The translations under genes and the position numbers were made by a program. The notes below the pieces were generated by a model. It was not told the origin of the DNA and searched no databases. It was given only the letters and a program-made list of their open reading frames with translations. A DNA stretch of 64,000 bases from a virus (Duplodnaviria > Caudoviricetes), in the IMG/VR virus record IMGVR_UViG_3300020037_001525, positions 25,938 through 89,937 of that record, one strand, 5' to 3'. Within the stretch, counting starts at the first letter, position 1; each line of letters begins with the position of its first letter. Below, one piece after another: positions 9,930 through 19,722 of the stretch.

Positions 9930-11120
9930 TTATGCGACGCCACGTGTGCGCAAAATGCCTTTATTGTGAATAGAACCAGAATCATATTCATTAACCACGT
10001 TGTCAACCAATATCTCATATTGTGCAGCAGAGAAATCAGTTGTTGTGCTTGCTGAATTGTTGTACGATGTCTGATTTGTGTAAACTGAATTCTGTATTGT
10101 ATTGTTAAACAATTTCATGAAACTTTCTTCAAACAAAGCACCATTTACACTGCATTCATCGGTCAGCAATATCGGATAATCAGGGTACAAACCGCATGTC
10201 AAAGTAACAGTTATGTTTGTTTTTCGCATCAACATCATCTTAGTTATCACACCTCCGTTAACTATATACCAGAATTCACATTCAGAATTGCTATTCAATT
10301 CAATCACCTTGCCAATATAAGTGTTGTTTGCTAATAAGCTTACATCATGCAATACAAGTCCAGCCACTGTTATAAAGTCTGTTGTTGCGTCTCCCCAATT
10401 AATTGAGTATATTGGAGTTTGTGGTACAACATTTTCTAAATCAATAAATTGAGCAGCAACTAATGTTAATGATAGAATTGGTGTCGTCACCCCTGTTAAG
10501 GTTATCTCATTTATCAGAGACATATATGACACTTCTCTACCATTTTGAAATCCTGGTTCACAGAAAACACCACTATCATATCTCATGATTAATTTGAATC
10601 CATCTTTTGTTTGTTCTGGTGCAACTGCTGGGTCTAATTCACACAAATCTTCTGGAGAGCCTATTTCTTTGTTCAAATCTCTCTTCAGCCAAACTGCTAT
10701 CAATTTATCTGAAGTCCTTGAACCGATATCAAACATATTAGCAGTATCATCATCATCAGCAGCATATGTTTCAGCTTGAAATGTCACTTGATATGGCTCT
10801 GTGTACATATCAGGTATTTTTTCAACATAAAATGCTTCAGATACTTCTGAAAATCCTAAGAATATGCTGTAATTCGTATTCGCATTTAATTTCTCAACAC
10901 CTATAAGAACATCTTCGATACTACCTGCAGGATATTTCAATATCAAACAAATATACTCACTTTTCTTTTCACTCAATGCTCTATATGTCTCTTGTTGAAA
11001 TAATGTATGTAATTTGTTGTTCAAGACTTTACTGTTGCTCATAAACCCACCTAAACTCTTGTTTGCTTGAGTTTGTGGAGTATTGTAACTATCAGCACCT
11101 GTATAAAATATTTCTATCAT
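9930..11120 (-). CDS. Putative tail/baseplate structural protein
   Basis: Last gene of the tail module; beta-rich composition; position only. Confidence 0.55.
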   Translation of the reverse strand: MIEIFYTGADSYNTPQTQANKSLGGFMSNSKVLNNKLHTLFQQETYRALSEKKSEYICLILKYPAGSIEDVLIGVEKLNANTNYSIFLGFSEVSEAFYVEKIPDMYTEPYQVTFQAETYAADDDDTANMFDIGSRTSDKLIAVWLKRDLNKEIGSPEDLCELDPAVAPEQTKDGFKLIMRYDSGVFCEPGFQNGREVSYMSLINEITLTGVTTPILSLTLVAAQFIDLENVVPQTPIYSINWGDATTDFITVAGLVLHDVSLLANNTYIGKVIELNSNSECEFWYIVNGGVITKMMLMRKTNITVTLTCGLYPDYPILLTDECSVNGALFEESFMKLFNNTIQNSVYTNQTSYNNSASTTTDFSAAQYEILVDNVVNEYDSGSIHNKGILRTRGVA

Positions 11121-11133
11121 TTGTTTTGTTTTA

Positions 11134-13176
11134 CTATGCTATTCTCATAACATATAGAAGTGAATAATATGGTATAAGATTGTTATGTTGAAGACCACCA
11201 CCCTCAGAAGAAATAACATGAGTATGGTCTGGTTCTGCTGCTATTGATATTCCTGTAACGCTTGATTCAGTGCCAACGCTTGGTTCAGTGTTACCCTGTC
11301 CTGTCCTTGCTCGTTGTAGTCCACCGAAACCATTTTGTCCTAATATCTCATGTGTATGTCCTGGGTCTGTTATGCTATGAGTGTGACCACCACCTGCGCT
11401 TGTTGTTCCACCATGACTGTGGGCAGGGATTTGTGATGTTGTTAGAACTTCAGAAGATGACCCTCCAACGTCAGAAACAGAATAGTTTGGATTAGTACCA
11501 CCAGGAAGTACATTAGACGCAAGTGCAGGTGCGCCAGTATTCGGCACATTATTAATAGCACCTACAATGAATTGACCCCTTAAATCTGGTGTGCCGTTCA
11601 AACCATTGCAAACTGCCCATCCTAAGAATTCAGAAGATGTTCCTAATCCTGTCAAATCAAAATTAGCATTAATTTCTGGTGTGTTAGCTGGATACCACGG
11701 AAGTGGGATTTTCTTTGGGACATTTACATTCACAGTACTATAAGCATTTTGTAAAATTGCATTAGCATCTGTTGTGACCTCCAATGGGTCAGTCAATGTG
11801 CCTAAGCTATCAAACGCAAGTTCATTATAATATGTGCTCGCATTGAAATTTAACACCTCTGTTCTCATGAAGTGATTCTTGTAACAAAATTTCAATTTAA
11901 TTTCCTGATTAGCCACAAGCAAGTCTGTAACTCCAATTTGAATGCTTGGATTCTCCATAGCTATACCAAACATATCCATTTTCTTATATATCTCTGCACC
12001 TACTGTATTCAAGAACACATGATATACTTCAATGTCTTCAGCATTCGGTGTAACACAAACTCCTGCCCCACTCCCAATTCTTACAGAATCAAGAGTCACT
12101 TTGATTGTTGTACCTATAATCACTGAAGTTAATATTGTACTGTAATTGCCATCAGCATAATAGTATCTCCATCCATCAAAATCACCATTCTGAAACGATG
12201 TTGTATTCAACCAAACACCACCGAGACCACCAGTTATGTCAACTTGACTTATACTATTGTTTTGAGATTCTGATGTGATACGAAATTTCCAGTCAAGTCC
12301 GAGAAGATAGAATCCCGCAGAATTCGCATTTGGAAGGATTTTCTTGATATATTCTAAGCCAACAATTGGATTCGAAGGTTGAACTCGTGAGATGGAATCC
12401 ACGTGTTCCCTGTCAGATGTATTGAAAATATAATCCCATCTGTAATCTTCTATCACTGTTCCTGCACCTGTATAGCTTACTTTTCCTATGATGAATTCCT
12501 TACCATCAATTAATGTAGGCACTGGTCCGACGTTGAGTACTAAGTCAACTTGGCATGAATCATATTGAAATATCTCTTTGTGCAATGTTGGTGGTTGATA
12601 TCCATATGTGAATGTACCGACAACTGCATATTGTAAATCTGATTCTGATAAGTCAAATACACCTTGAAGTATCACAGTTGTATCACTAACTACCTCTAAC
12701 ACTTCATATTCAAGTGTATAATTGACACTATTCAGGAATTTTATCTTGGCTGGAAAGTTTGGTTGTCCTCTCAGAACTTCTGTAAATTTGGTTCCAACTC
12801 CTGTAAAAGTTCCCATGTTCACACCACCAATAGAGCCTGTCCCAACTTCTCTGGATTCATATATGTGTGATATCTTCACCCAATATTCTGTGGCTATCAG
12901 TGGGATTGTTATGTCTTCGTCTTGATATTTATAATCAATGACAAGCCTGTCCTTATCATAAGCAAAGCCATTCTTGATTTTAAATTTATCAAAGGAGCCA
13001 GTACTTACTATCTTGAAATAGTCAAACAAAGAATCTAATTTCTTGTTTCTTATGATACCCCATGTATTTGCATCTGTTTGCTTGTCGAACAAAAATCCTT
13101 TTTCTTCTATGCCTTTGATGACTCTTAACAATTCTGCTTTCTCAAGAAACAGTTCTTCATTTATCTTTGTATACAT
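11134..13176 (-). CDS. Tail fibre/baseplate protein with C-terminal tail-collar domain
   Basis: GWAVCNGLNGTPDLRGQFIVGA and LTTSQIPAHSH..GGGLQHNNLIPYYSLLYVMR are tail-collar motifs. Confidence 0.8.
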   Translation of the reverse strand: MYTKINEELFLEKAELLRVIKGIEEKGFLFDKQTDANTWGIIRNKKLDSLFDYFKIVSTGSFDKFKIKNGFAYDKDRLVIDYKYQDEDITIPLIATEYWVKISHIYESREVGTGSIGGVNMGTFTGVGTKFTEVLRGQPNFPAKIKFLNSVNYTLEYEVLEVVSDTTVILQGVFDLSESDLQYAVVGTFTYGYQPPTLHKEIFQYDSCQVDLVLNVGPVPTLIDGKEFIIGKVSYTGAGTVIEDYRWDYIFNTSDREHVDSISRVQPSNPIVGLEYIKKILPNANSAGFYLLGLDWKFRITSESQNNSISQVDITGGLGGVWLNTTSFQNGDFDGWRYYYADGNYSTILTSVIIGTTIKVTLDSVRIGSGAGVCVTPNAEDIEVYHVFLNTVGAEIYKKMDMFGIAMENPSIQIGVTDLLVANQEIKLKFCYKNHFMRTEVLNFNASTYYNELAFDSLGTLTDPLEVTTDANAILQNAYSTVNVNVPKKIPLPWYPANTPEINANFDLTGLGTSSEFLGWAVCNGLNGTPDLRGQFIVGAINNVPNTGAPALASNVLPGGTNPNYSVSDVGGSSSEVLTTSQIPAHSHGGTTSAGGGHTHSITDPGHTHEILGQNGFGGLQRARTGQGNTEPSVGTESSVTGISIAAEPDHTHVISSEGGGLQHNNLIPYYSLLYVMRIA

Positions 13177-13177
13177 A

Positions 13178-13900
13178 TTATAATTTTATTGTTATGTTTG
13201 ACGTGTTGTATGGTAATAATAGCTGATTTGCAATCTTATCAGCAGAATCATCTGTTAATTTTGTGTTGTTATTCTTTCTCCAAATTTCAAGCATGTTAGT
13301 TCCTTGTACAAATCCAGTGCTAAACTGTGTTCTGAGTGGTTTCACTTTGAAATTCCAAACCCTTAGTTCATCATTAGTGCACAATAAATTCACAATTATC
13401 TTCGATGTTAGTTCTTCCATTATTAAATTTGTCCCCACTGCTAAACTTGTTATTGGTTGAACAGCTGGTTCCAATGGTTGTTGATAACCAAAGATTATAT
13501 ACCTTGCAAAGTGCCATACATCTGGAGTTGATGAAACTTTTTGTGAATCTGGTATGAATATTTTTTCAGGAGCACCTGCAGTTATGTCAACTGTTTGTAA
13601 TTCTGTGTTGTCACACTTGAATGAATTCATACTTAATTCAAAGGATGGGTCAACTGTTGGTTGTTTAAACCAAAAACTAACTTCATAATCTAAATTGTGG
13701 TCTACCTTCATAAACCATTTACTTGAAACTTCCACGCTTGTGTATCCAAATCCAGAACCAGCATCAATTAGCATAATTCTGCCGTTTGTTCCGTCTGGTC
13801 TTGTATCTGTTATTATACTGACGCCACCTATATGAAAGTGTGGTGACGGATTCACATATTTCTCTAATAAGTATGGTAGTGTTGTGTTATTATTGTTCAT
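13178..13900 (-). CDS. Putative baseplate/tail protein
   Basis: Position between baseplate and fibre genes. Confidence 0.5.
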   Translation of the reverse strand: MNNNNTTLPYLLEKYVNPSPHFHIGGVSIITDTRPDGTNGRIMLIDAGSGFGYTSVEVSSKWFMKVDHNLDYEVSFWFKQPTVDPSFELSMNSFKCDNTELQTVDITAGAPEKIFIPDSQKVSSTPDVWHFARYIIFGYQQPLEPAVQPITSLAVGTNLIMEELTSKIIVNLLCTNDELRVWNFKVKPLRTQFSTGFVQGTNMLEIWRKNNNTKLTDDSADKIANQLLLPYNTSNITIKL

Positions 13901-13909
13901 CTTTCATTA

Positions 13910-15385
13910 TTAAATTATTGGGTAATATCTCAAATCCCAGACATCCTCAGAAAATGTTTCATACCCTTTTATTATAGTGTTGTTATTGTGATTTCTCAAA
14001 GACTTACATAATGGAGAAGCATTCCCTATATTCCAACCAGCATTTTCTTTGTTCACTATATTGAACATAAATTCATCACAATCGGAATCATAGCAGATAA
14101 GCCTTAAATACTCACCATCTTGTTGCTTTTTCACTGAGGTGTGATGAGTAGGTTCACAGACTACTGTCAACCCCAAATCCACTCTCTCTAAATCATCAAT
14201 ACCGTCTTCAACAATAACTGGAACCAACAAAATTTCTACTTTGTAATAATTCTCATCTGGAGCAAAGAGGTGTATCCCATTATTGGTTGTACATGAAAGT
14301 GCCATCGCTGTTGGAACATATTCTGCTGCTGTAGCCTCATATCCATCATTACATGGTTTTATTAATCTTGCTAATAAGGATGAATATGACCAATCGAATG
14401 GTATTTCATCCATTAAGAAATTCACTGAACCGCCCATATAGTCGAAAGTGATTTGTATATCGGCTTGTATTCCTGGTGCTGAACCTACCTGAACCTCTTC
14501 AAAGCATAGCATGCTCCAACCATAAGGTAAATCAGAAGCACTTGTATATTTAACATCATTTATCCAAATTGGGTTTATTGATGATATTGTGAATGGGTCT
14601 GGAAGTATGTATCTGTTTCTGTATCCAAACGGATACTCAAAATCCTTTGGTCTGAATATCTCTATTGTTCCTCTTTGTCTGATTTCGTCATAATAATGAC
14701 TGGCAATTCGTTGAAGCAATTCAAGGTCTGAACAATCACAAAATTGTATGGTTTTCTGCCTTAGATATTCACAAAGCAATTCCTTGTTCCAGTATATCAT
14801 TGTGAACTTCAATGAGAATTTATACAGTATTGCAAACATCTTAGCCACTGAAGACCAAAAATCTATGTAATCTTTATCTTCAAATAAATCAAATTCTTTT
14901 TCATTTCTTACAAGATATGTAGGTATTATACCAACCTCATAAACTTTCTGCACTAAGTTAACCATCAAATTAAACACATCATCATCATTCTCTATGTATT
15001 CTCTATATGTGTAATTAGTGATTCCTGTTGGGTACACTGGAGCTGCAGAATATGTTCCAGTAACATCTGTTGAGACTATCTCAATCTGACCTGTTGGGTC
15101 TGTTCCTGTTCTTTTGTATGCTAATTCAATCAAACATATTGTCTTGTCAGTAAGATTAGGATTGATTTCAGCTATCAAATTTACTTGAGTTAGTGTATAC
15201 CAATCTGTATAAACGACACCATCTAATGTATATCTAAATTTCTTTTCTACAGTCCTTGTACCAGTTATGCCTGTTATATTCTCTGTCAGAGTTGTCACTG
15301 CTGATAGAAACCATAGTGGTGTCGTTCTGAATACAACCTCTTCTCCTATACTTTCTAATATGTTATCATCGCTTGTGAATGCCAT
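13910..15385 (-). CDS. Putative baseplate wedge protein
   Basis: Directly downstream of the baseplate J-like gene. Confidence 0.55.
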   Translation of the reverse strand: MAFTSDDNILESIGEEVVFRTTPLWFLSAVTTLTENITGITGTRTVEKKFRYTLDGVVYTDWYTLTQVNLIAEINPNLTDKTICLIELAYKRTGTDPTGQIEIVSTDVTGTYSAAPVYPTGITNYTYREYIENDDDVFNLMVNLVQKVYEVGIIPTYLVRNEKEFDLFEDKDYIDFWSSVAKMFAILYKFSLKFTMIYWNKELLCEYLRQKTIQFCDCSDLELLQRIASHYYDEIRQRGTIEIFRPKDFEYPFGYRNRYILPDPFTISSINPIWINDVKYTSASDLPYGWSMLCFEEVQVGSAPGIQADIQITFDYMGGSVNFLMDEIPFDWSYSSLLARLIKPCNDGYEATAAEYVPTAMALSCTTNNGIHLFAPDENYYKVEILLVPVIVEDGIDDLERVDLGLTVVCEPTHHTSVKKQQDGEYLRLICYDSDCDEFMFNIVNKENAGWNIGNASPLCKSLRNHNNNTIIKGYETFSEDVWDLRYYPII

Positions 15386-15388
15386 TTC

Positions 15389-16588
15389 TTATATGTTTTG
15401 TAGTACAGTTGCTTGAAATCCAAAGTCTTTTTCCTGTGGATAATATATTGGGTTCAAGTTTCCTTGTAAATCTTCCAATATATTGCCATCTAAATCAAGC
15501 ATTTGAAATCCTCTAACTCTTGGTAATTTTAATACTTCTGTTTGTAAATCTACTGATGGAAAGAAATATGAATCACTTACATACCTAACACCATCTGTGT
15601 GTTTGACTATATCCAATAGATTATCCCACTCAACCTTGTTTCCTGCTCTCCAATATCTATAGTCAAGATACTTGTTTATCCTTATCTGTATCTCTTTCCT
15701 AACATCATCGGTTACAAATGCAGGGTCAATATCAACCCTCATGGAAATATCGATAGGCTGCCATTGTACATTCTGTAGCACAACCCCATATCCATTGAAA
15801 TTAGAAGGTCTGAATTCTGTCAACGAGAAGAATTTCTCTGCTCTCAACACAATATCATTTAATTCTGATGTGTTTAAGTCTATGCCATTTTCAGTAAGTA
15901 TGCTTAGAACAACTCTGCCCTGAGCATCTATGCCACCATAATACACTTTCAGAACATTTTCATTAATCTTCATGAAAACTTGTTCTACCTGTGATATGGT
16001 TGAACGACTCAACAAATCTACACCTTCTTTTACACGTTTTCTGAATACATCATCGCTCTCTCTATCATTGCCAAATTGAGCAGCATATTCATTTATAACA
16101 TATTTGTGCCCTGATGGTGGAGTTGACATCTTATTGATTGACAAAGCATCTACATTCGTATTAGAACCAGTTGTTCTGCTTCTAATCTTTATGTATCCAT
16201 ATCCAAATGCTGAAATAGTGTAATTAGCATCAATATCGAACTCAACTCCAGAATTACTTTTCAATACATGTGTTCCCACAATATATGTTGTTCCTGGGTC
16301 ACCAACAACTCTGATGTACGTTGATGATTGTCTTGCACCAAATCTTTGATACACACCATATAGCATAGCAATGTTGTCAAGAGCCTTCCCAACAGCAGTA
16401 TCTGGAAATATATTGCCTTCTAAGATAGCTATATCCTTGTTGATTTTCTGCGCTATTTTCGCAATGCCATAGGCTATTGCATTAAGAACCCCTCCATCTG
16501 TAATTTTAGTTACATTGTTGGTCTTGTTGATGAGTATTTCTTGGAATATCTCTTTGTACTCTTCTGTTGTCGTTAATTTCGTGAACAT
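15389..16588 (-). CDS. Baseplate J-like protein
   Basis: DTAVGKALDNIAMLYGV.R, GDPGT, GNDRESDDVFRKR match baseplate J/gp47-type proteins. Confidence 0.85.
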   Translation of the reverse strand: MFTKLTTTEEYKEIFQEILINKTNNVTKITDGGVLNAIAYGIAKIAQKINKDIAILEGNIFPDTAVGKALDNIAMLYGVYQRFGARQSSTYIRVVGDPGTTYIVGTHVLKSNSGVEFDIDANYTISAFGYGYIKIRSRTTGSNTNVDALSINKMSTPPSGHKYVINEYAAQFGNDRESDDVFRKRVKEGVDLLSRSTISQVEQVFMKINENVLKVYYGGIDAQGRVVLSILTENGIDLNTSELNDIVLRAEKFFSLTEFRPSNFNGYGVVLQNVQWQPIDISMRVDIDPAFVTDDVRKEIQIRINKYLDYRYWRAGNKVEWDNLLDIVKHTDGVRYVSDSYFFPSVDLQTEVLKLPRVRGFQMLDLDGNILEDLQGNLNPIYYPQEKDFGFQATVLQNI

Positions 16589-16594
16589 CTTTCT

Positions 16595-17548
16595 TTATAC
16601 ATTAAAATTGTTAAAAACCAAATTGTAGAAACTATTAGCTGAGTATTTGACGAAAACTGAACCATTGTTATCATATAATAAGCTAACCACATTAAATTCT
16701 CTTATCGTGTCATCAGATGATATTGTATCTTGTAACTGAGACATTATTTTTCCGTATTCAAATACATTTATATTAGAACCAACGCCCAATCTTGGGTCAA
16801 CACCCATTTCCTTGAATTCTGGTATATCCCCTTTCTTCAATAATACAAGTATTCCAACCGATTGCACAAACGTGTCTTTCGGTGACAGAACTTTAATCTC
16901 ATCATCTTCAAATGTGAGTTTAGCATATATATCCTTCCCATAAACATTCTCACCAACTAATGTATCTATAACACTATCAAGGAAATACTTCTTTCCATAT
17001 TTAGTGTTCTTTGTAAGTTGAAGTTTAACCCCACCTTCTGGAGTGTAGTCTTCCTCAGTCAATGAATTCTGTATGGCCAAGTCGACCCAATCCGCATCCT
17101 CATTTTGAGAATAAAGTTGTTTCCCTACAATGTCCTCTACAGTTTCGTTCTGAGCCATGACATAATCATATGTTGGGTTTGTTGTTCTCCAACTATTTGA
17201 TGTCTTTGAACTCCTTAGATACCTGCTTGAATTGTTGATTGATTCCAGTGATGTTCTTATGTTTTCAATGTAATCTAACAAATCCCAATCATCAATAGAA
17301 TTCATATTCTCCTTATGTAATTTTATGAGATTGTCTATTCGAATAGCTTCCTTCAACATCTTCTCAAGATAATCAAAACTATCAGCATCTGGCTTCACAT
17401 CTTGGTTCTGAAAATAGTCTGTTATCTTGTGTTTGTTGTTCTGTATGAAGAAACTATACAAGTCCATATATGTTGATACGTTGTATCCAATCTTCACAGA
17501 AAATCTTTCTATAGTTTGTTTTGTTATGTATGTATTAATTGAAATCAT
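16595..17548 (-). CDS. Baseplate protein (LysM-like plus gp25/W-like C-terminus)
   Basis: YVMAQNETVEDIV LysM-like segment; C-terminal KGDIPEFKEMGVD..SDDTI resembles gp25-type wedge. Confidence 0.55.
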   Translation of the reverse strand: MISINTYITKQTIERFSVKIGYNVSTYMDLYSFFIQNNKHKITDYFQNQDVKPDADSFDYLEKMLKEAIRIDNLIKLHKENMNSIDDWDLLDYIENIRTSLESINNSSRYLRSSKTSNSWRTTNPTYDYVMAQNETVEDIVGKQLYSQNEDADWVDLAIQNSLTEEDYTPEGGVKLQLTKNTKYGKKYFLDSVIDTLVGENVYGKDIYAKLTFEDDEIKVLSPKDTFVQSVGILVLLKKGDIPEFKEMGVDPRLGVGSNINVFEYGKIMSQLQDTISSDDTIREFNVVSLLYDNNGSVFVKYSANSFYNLVFNNFNV

Positions 17549-17551
17549 CGA

Positions 17552-18616
17552 CTATATAAAATTTAAAAGATTTTCACCTACATTAACAATAAAATCATCT
17601 GCGTTGTTTGGATTGCTTGCCAATTGTTGTATTACTGTTATAGCACTTTTCCCTGTATCGTTTGTAAGTCCTAATGCTCTTGACTTCAATTGTTTCTCCA
17701 TTATTCTTCTCATCTTCGTTGAATTCCTTCCGTTGATATCCAATAAAGACATTATACCCTCAGACTGATTATTGAAGTCATTGTTCATTTTGTTGAAATT
17801 CAGTATATTCTTGATACTTGATTTCTTTCTGCTCTGTTTGAATATCGCATAATATGGAGCAACTGCATTCAGTGATAATGAATAAGTCCATATAGCATTA
17901 GTCTCTCTTGATTGTGAAAACATTATATTCTCCATCTCAACCATATAGATGTGATTGAATGATAGATTGTAGAACAAAAGTCTGTAAGGTCTTGAGTTGC
18001 TATCTAATTCCTTTGACTTTAATAGCAATTTCTCCATCAATTTCATATTGCCGTACCCAGTCTTATAGTCTGTTGAAAATGATGCATTCGCTGATATCTT
18101 AGCTTCGCTTAGTTGATTAGTGCCTGTCAGAGTGTTGCCTATGGGTTCAAAAGCATCCGATTTGCTCTCATTGACGACTTTCTTATCAAAAGCCATAATC
18201 TTTCTGAACCTTCTACCAAAATTTCCAGATAATTGTATTGGGAATGGATTAAATGTTGGATTGCTATGCACGACCACACCAGCCATTGTTTTCTGTATTG
18301 AGATATGACCTTCTTTATGTATGTTGATATTGCTTGGCATAACAGGGAAACTGAAGAAACTCTTTGTATCACCATTGCTATCAACAAGCTCAAGAGCACA
18401 AGCATAATATTCAATTTCATTAGGGTATTTATTGTGCACCTCTTCCTTACCAACACCCTTAACCAATCCAGCTGTTATCCCAGCACCTGTCCCAAAGGTA
18501 TTATTGAATGTAGTTCCGTTATCGACAGAATCATTGGTGAATACACCAATTCTTCCATGGATTTCTCCAAGCAAACGCTTTTCAAGGTCGATTATATTTG
18601 GGTCAATATTGCTCAT
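17552..18616 (-). CDS. Putative tail/baseplate protein
   Basis: FFSFPVMPSNINI..IQKTMAGVVV resembles myovirus tube-initiator-type proteins; position. Confidence 0.5.
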   Translation of the reverse strand: MSNIDPNIIDLEKRLLGEIHGRIGVFTNDSVDNGTTFNNTFGTGAGITAGLVKGVGKEEVHNKYPNEIEYYACALELVDSNGDTKSFFSFPVMPSNINIHKEGHISIQKTMAGVVVHSNPTFNPFPIQLSGNFGRRFRKIMAFDKKVVNESKSDAFEPIGNTLTGTNQLSEAKISANASFSTDYKTGYGNMKLMEKLLLKSKELDSNSRPYRLLFYNLSFNHIYMVEMENIMFSQSRETNAIWTYSLSLNAVAPYYAIFKQSRKKSSIKNILNFNKMNNDFNNQSEGIMSLLDINGRNSTKMRRIMEKQLKSRALGLTNDTGKSAITVIQQLASNPNNADDFIVNVGENLLNFI

Positions 18617-19722
18617 GTTAATTTCACTGTTTTAGATTTCATTTCTATCAAGTCAGCTTTTAATAACTCAATACTTCCTTGCAACTGAACAAACATGGCT
18701 ATTGTATCTGGAAACATCGGCATTGGAGAACCACCTAATGGACTTACAACTTTAGCTGTTTGTATTTGTTGGCAGATATCTGACATCTTGTCTAATACGT
18801 TAGTAAGAGTGTCTTTTAGAGGAGTGTACAACACAGCGTCATCCTTATCATCTTTATATTGTTCATCGAACAATTCTATGTTGTCACCATCTTTTACAAT
18901 CGCTCTTATTCCCTTGTCTTCTTTATCATCTTCATCATCTTTTATGCGTATTATTGAATTATTCCTTTCAATGTTTATACCTTCCTTGCTTGTTTGTACT
19001 TTATTTACAAATTTATCAAGAAAATCAAGTCCATCATCGTTTATATGCAAGGTATTATTGTATTCATCTTCAAACTTGAACCCATGTTCGCCATTCATCT
19101 CTATCAAATTACCTCTGTTGTCGATGCTTTGGTCTCCAACCCATAGTTTTATTGAACTCTTGGCTTTAATCTGAACAGCATTTTCAGCATCGATATCAAC
19201 TGTTCCCTGTATATACACTTTCAACATGCCTAATACATCAGAATTGAGTGCATTTATGAATACACCACCTTCTTCTCCCAGAGAATCAGACATAATCTTA
19301 ACAGAACCATTCTCTCCATCAATCAAGACTGATGCTGATGACTGGGCAGTGCGCTTTTCTGATAGGGACTGATTGTCTTTGAAGTTATTGTAATCATCTT
19401 TCTTGTTGAGAACACCAATTATGACACGTTTATTCAGTATAGGTATGTTTATCCACACTAAACAACTGCCTCTTTCCTTAAAAGATGAAGGAAATTGTAT
19501 TTCCTGCCATGCTGATTTTGTTACTAAGCAATTTCTTATCAGCTCACTCTTGTCAGTAATAATTGTGATTGTGTTGTTTCTATAACAATTCTCTATGTAT
19601 GTTTTTCTATCATATTCCCTTGACAGCACTACATACCCAACACCAGAGGAAAATGAGCCAGAATTGTAGGTCATTGGGTTGACTCCACTCGCACTTTGTT
19701 CTATGTTAGCTGTGTTACTCAT
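18613..19722 (-). CDS. Putative baseplate spike/hub (gp5/VgrG-like)
   Basis: Follows the hub/lysin gene; beta-repeat middle region. Confidence 0.5.
   Translation of the reverse strand: MSNTANIEQSASGVNPMTYNSGSFSSGVGYVVLSREYDRKTYIENCYRNNTITIITDKSELIRNCLVTKSAWQEIQFPSSFKERGSCLVWINIPILNKRVIIGVLNKKDDYNNFKDNQSLSEKRTAQSSASVLIDGENGSVKIMSDSLGEEGGVFINALNSDVLGMLKVYIQGTVDIDAENAVQIKAKSSIKLWVGDQSIDNRGNLIEMNGEHGFKFEDEYNNTLHINDDGLDFLDKFVNKVQTSKEGINIERNNSIIRIKDDEDDKEDKGIRAIVKDGDNIELFDEQYKDDKDDAVLYTPLKDTLTNVLDKMSDICQQIQTAKVVSPLGGSPMPMFPDTIAMFVQLQGSIELLKADLIEMKSKTVKLT

Noticed and set aside
9785-10018. Minus-strand 77 aa ORF over the polypurine tract
   Set aside because: It overlaps the 9930 gene out of frame, is low complexity and has no motif.
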